DNA of 64,000 bases from Hyphochytrium catenoides (Eukaryota > Protista > Hyphochytriomycota), in assembly GCA_900088475.1 (NCBI GenBank), contig FLMG01000787.1, forward strand, positions 98,871-162,870, read 5' to 3'. Position 1 is the stretch's first letter. Every line of letters begins with the position of its first letter. Shown here in pieces: positions 60,731-64,000 of the stretch. The notes beneath the pieces were generated by a model that had not been told where the DNA came from, searched no databases, and was given only the letters and a program-made list of their open reading frames with translations. The position numbers were made by a program, and so were the translations under genes.

Positions 60731-61257
60731 ATTTCTGAAGCTCTGGCGGGCTGCTGCAGCTCCTGACGAGCTTCTGAGGTCGGTCTGCACGCTGAGGGAG
60801 GTCCGTCTGCTTCTTGCAGGTGACAATTCCCCATCATCTACTAACACTATCATCACCCCTTACAATTACAAGGTTTAACGGGGAGGCGGCGCTCTTCTCA
60901 GTCAGTGCTGCTGCCAGCGGTAGGCAGGAGAAGTGGCCTCAGTCAGACAAAGAAAGAATGATGCGGTGAAGATGGGCAGGGCAGGGTAGGGCAGCGTAAA
61001 GAGTGTTGATCGATTGAATGGCATCCTCTCCCCGCTGCGGAGATGTGTCTTCTTGAACACACAGTAGATGATGAACAGCGGTAGACTACTAACAGAGCTG
61101 ACTTATTGTGTTCCCTACTCTTCCTTTCCCAGTGTTGTCCTATCTGTTACTGCAGGCGATTGCTTCCCATGTCGAGCTCTCTTTTGGGGGATCCTTCTCA
61201 CATTTGATGGCCACAAACGGAGATACTCTGCTCTGTTGTCTCGTCCTTTGATGCCTG

Positions 61258-63317
61258 CTAACTGTCTCTCCTTTCTGCATTTCCATCTGCGCCAGCAGCA
61301 TCCGTCCTCGATCTATCTTTATCGTAGGTTCCATATGATGGGAAAGGGACAGTAGTCCCCCTAACGCCTTCAGTAGTGGTGGTGGAGGTGGACGCCCTGG
61401 TCACAGAGGGAGAAACAAGGAGTAAAATAGGGTGAGGACGATAACAGCGCTGTTCAAGTAGATGAGAAGAAGGGCTGAATATCCATGGCACTGGGCACGG
61501 AGAGGCTGAAGCAGGAGAAGACTGTAAGCCGCTTGGCGATGTTAGCAGCCTGAGGGCAGAACAGCACCACGTTGTGGGCAACAAGACTAAAAGGCGGAAC
61601 CGTAGATGAACTACGATAGAAACATCCAACTAAAGAAGATCAAACAGCCTAGGTTGACAAGCTTCAGCCTTATCTTCTCAAAGAAGAAATCGTTCACAGA
61701 GGAGAGGGGAGGAGACCATGACAGACGTCTCATTGTGACGGAAGAATACCAAGACGGAGCGAGAGCAAGAAGAGGGAAACAGAGAGGAGAGAGAGAGAGA
61801 GAGAGTAGTAGTAGCAAGCAGCCACAGGTGAAAGCAGTGTCGTCGCTCCGAGAAGGTGTACGTACACTATCATGGAGAACGTCTTGACAAAGGTCTGTCT
61901 AGAAGCCCGTGCGAGAGATTTTATGTAGAGGATTGCCAGGAAGGAAGAGAACCCTGCCGAGAGAAACAGGCAAGGATTGCCCAAGTACTGAAACGCATAG
62001 AAGCCCAGGATCCCGCCCAGGAAGAAGCTAAAGGGAAGAGGGAGGAGGAGCCGCAATTTCCAGAGCTCTGATGTGTCGCACCTGCGTGCACAGAAGAGAA
62101 GATTAGGCCGGAGCGAATGAAAAAGAGAATTCAGTTGTAGGTGCATCAACCCATCCACGGAGCACTCAAAGCCCATCTTCCAAGGCGTTCTTAGCGCCGG
62201 CGTCACGGCAACGAGTCCAGTTCAACTCACTGCGCTTGATCGCTCCACAGCCTAGGTAGGGCTTTTCCATTGTTCCCTCTCCCTTGTGTCTCTTCTGTCC
62301 TTTTGGTCTCACCGATTTCTAAAGTACTTGCCGAGGACCAGAGAGATATCTGTCGTTATCCCTGTCATGTGTGTCGTCCGTACCACAGCGCCGCTGTATC
62401 GCGTGGCCATACCGTTCTGCAAACCCGCAGCCACGCCTAAGAGATAGACAGCCACTGATGGGGAAGAGGAGAATGTTCCATCTCAATGTAGAGGAAGGCG
62501 CAAGATAAAGAGGCAGGAGCAAGGGCGGAGTCGGCGGGGGAAAGAGGAGAGAGTATTATTAGCGGAAAGCAGAATGACTGACCTCATCGGGAATGGAGAG
62601 CAAAACAAGGCAGCAAGCCGATGAAGAGGGCAACAAAGAACGAGGAAGAAGGGAATGCACTGTCTCTCATGCTTACCGAAAGCAGCTGCTGTTAGAACTC
62701 CGGACACCAGGAGCAACAGCTGGCCATTGCCTTTTGCAAGGGATGTCGAATCGCTGCCTATCACGACTGCACCACTAATGAAGGCTCCCAGCATGAACGA
62801 GAGAAGTAAAAGGGACAGAGAAAGGAAGGAAGGGACGCAGAGAGACGCAGCAGAGATCGCCACTTTTGTCACGTTTCCGGTCACATGCGTGATCGTCGTC
62901 TTGAGGAAGCTCTCAAGAGAGACAGAGTTGATATAACCGGCATTAACCGCTAGTAGCGCTGCGCCTAGAGAGATCGCACGGAGATCGGATCTCTGTTGAA
63001 GCTGGAACGGGGCTTCTTCCTGCTTGATGGAAGGAAGGAGGCAGAAGAGAAGAAGAGGAAGTTACGAAAAAGGCTAAGTGCTGCTGATAGAGAACAGCCT
63101 GGGGCGGCCTTCGTAAGGTAATGAACAAAGGACAGGTTACCTTTATCATTCTCAGCTGTTCAACTGTCCTCAAGACTCGGTCTTCTCTAGTAGTCTCGTC
63201 CTGCCTGCTTTTGAAGCCCTCCAGACAGCACAAGCAGCCGCCAAACCGTCGCGGGGAGGAGGAGTAAGAGCCGCGGCGCAGAAGGAGCTGCTGGTCGGCT
63301 TTTTCTCCCGCAGTCAT
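61258..63317 (-). CDS. DUF1275/YoaK-family multi-pass membrane protein, multi-exon (last exon and start tentative)
   Basis: Spliced motifs LLAVNAGYINSV...THVTGNVTKVAI, SFMLGAFISG, GLQNGMATRYSGAVVRTTHMTGITTD and WKLRLLLPLPFSFFLGG match the DUF1275 pattern. Confidence 0.8.
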
Positions 63318-63559
63318 GTTTTTGACGTTATGTCTTGCTCCTCCGTCCTCCTTTTCGTCCTCTTTCCTTACCGCCGCGCCTGACTCACTTTGCTTCTGTT
63401 ATTCTATCCTGAAGCCCTCGATGAGTCGGCTTGCGCGGTTTAGAAAAGAGAACGGCGATAGAAATGTGAACTTCGTAGGCAGCAGGTTAGGAAGTCAAAA
63501 GGTGTACTTCTCGTCGAAGAGGAAGGCAACAGTCCAAACTTGCTGATAAGGGATGAGGA

Positions 63560-64000
63560 GGCGGGAGAAGTTGAAGGATGAAGGGAGAAAAAGAAGGGAC
63601 AAAGAAAGAAGCAAGTCAGTTTAACGGAGGGGGAAGAGAAGTGAAAGAAAGAGACAAAGACAGACACAACGCGAAGAAGCAACAGCAGAGAGAGGAACAG
63701 GTGAGAGAGAGAGGGGGGAGGGAAGAGGAGGAGAAGGAGAGAGAGAGAAGGGGGGAGAGGGAGAGAGAGAGAGAGAACGAAGAGACAGAGCGACGGACTG
63801 GGTGGTCGGTTGGCCGGAGGGGAGAAGATGGAAAAATTGACCTTGGAGGCCCAGAAGAGATACGGAGAGACAGGAAGAAGGGCAGGAGAGGGAGACGGAG
63901 GAAGACACAGAGACGGGCGACAGAAGGAGAAGAAAGGGAAGAGACAACAGCAGAGAGAGAGAGAGACAGAGAAAGAGAAGAGAAGGAGAGAGAGAGAGAG
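63560..64000. repeat. GA-rich low-complexity / (GA)n microsatellite tract
   Basis: Polypurine on +, so CT-rich on -, upstream of the DUF1275 gene. Probably intronic or 5' leader sequence of a minus-strand transcript. Confidence 0.8.

Noticed and set aside
58940-61250. A U7 snRNA gene near LSm10
   Set aside because: I found no AATTTGTCTAG-like Sm site with a 3' hairpin by eye, and linkage is not expected anyway.

Overview
Intron-rich eukaryotic nuclear DNA of roughly 50% GC, read in the standard code. Most introns are short GT-AG introns whose sense strand is CT-rich. Rab8, G-alpha and START-FYVE sequence styles suggest a stramenopile, and DAW1/ODA16 suggests a flagellated one. I assembled 14 protein-coding genes by eye from spliced exons, left to right: EF-hand + EML-type WD40 protein (-, runs off the left edge, contains a 51-N gap); ATAD5/ELG1 (+); FAM173-like SAM methyltransferase (-); intronless DUF229 alkaline-phosphatase-superfamily membrane protein (-); START-like/FYVE/PUB-like protein (-); Rab8 (+); DAW1 (-); HIU hydrolase (+); a ~15 kb unknown gene (-); intronless ABCG half-transporter (-); an orphan coiled-coil gene (+); intronless G-alpha (+); LSm10 (-); and a DUF1275/YoaK membrane protein (-). 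The top finding is a 4-exon LSm10-like gene that the ORF track recovers only as an exon-3 fragment. LSm10 is a subunit specific to the U7 snRNP, so the gene hints at animal-type histone mRNA 3' processing in this protist. Other highlights are a dynein-MTBD-like domain in a protein with no visible motor, an IPT/TIG-like insert in ATAD5, and a degenerate PTS2 with alternative starts in HIUase. No tRNA, rRNA, CRISPR or intact transposon was seen. All family calls come from motif recognition, not database searches.
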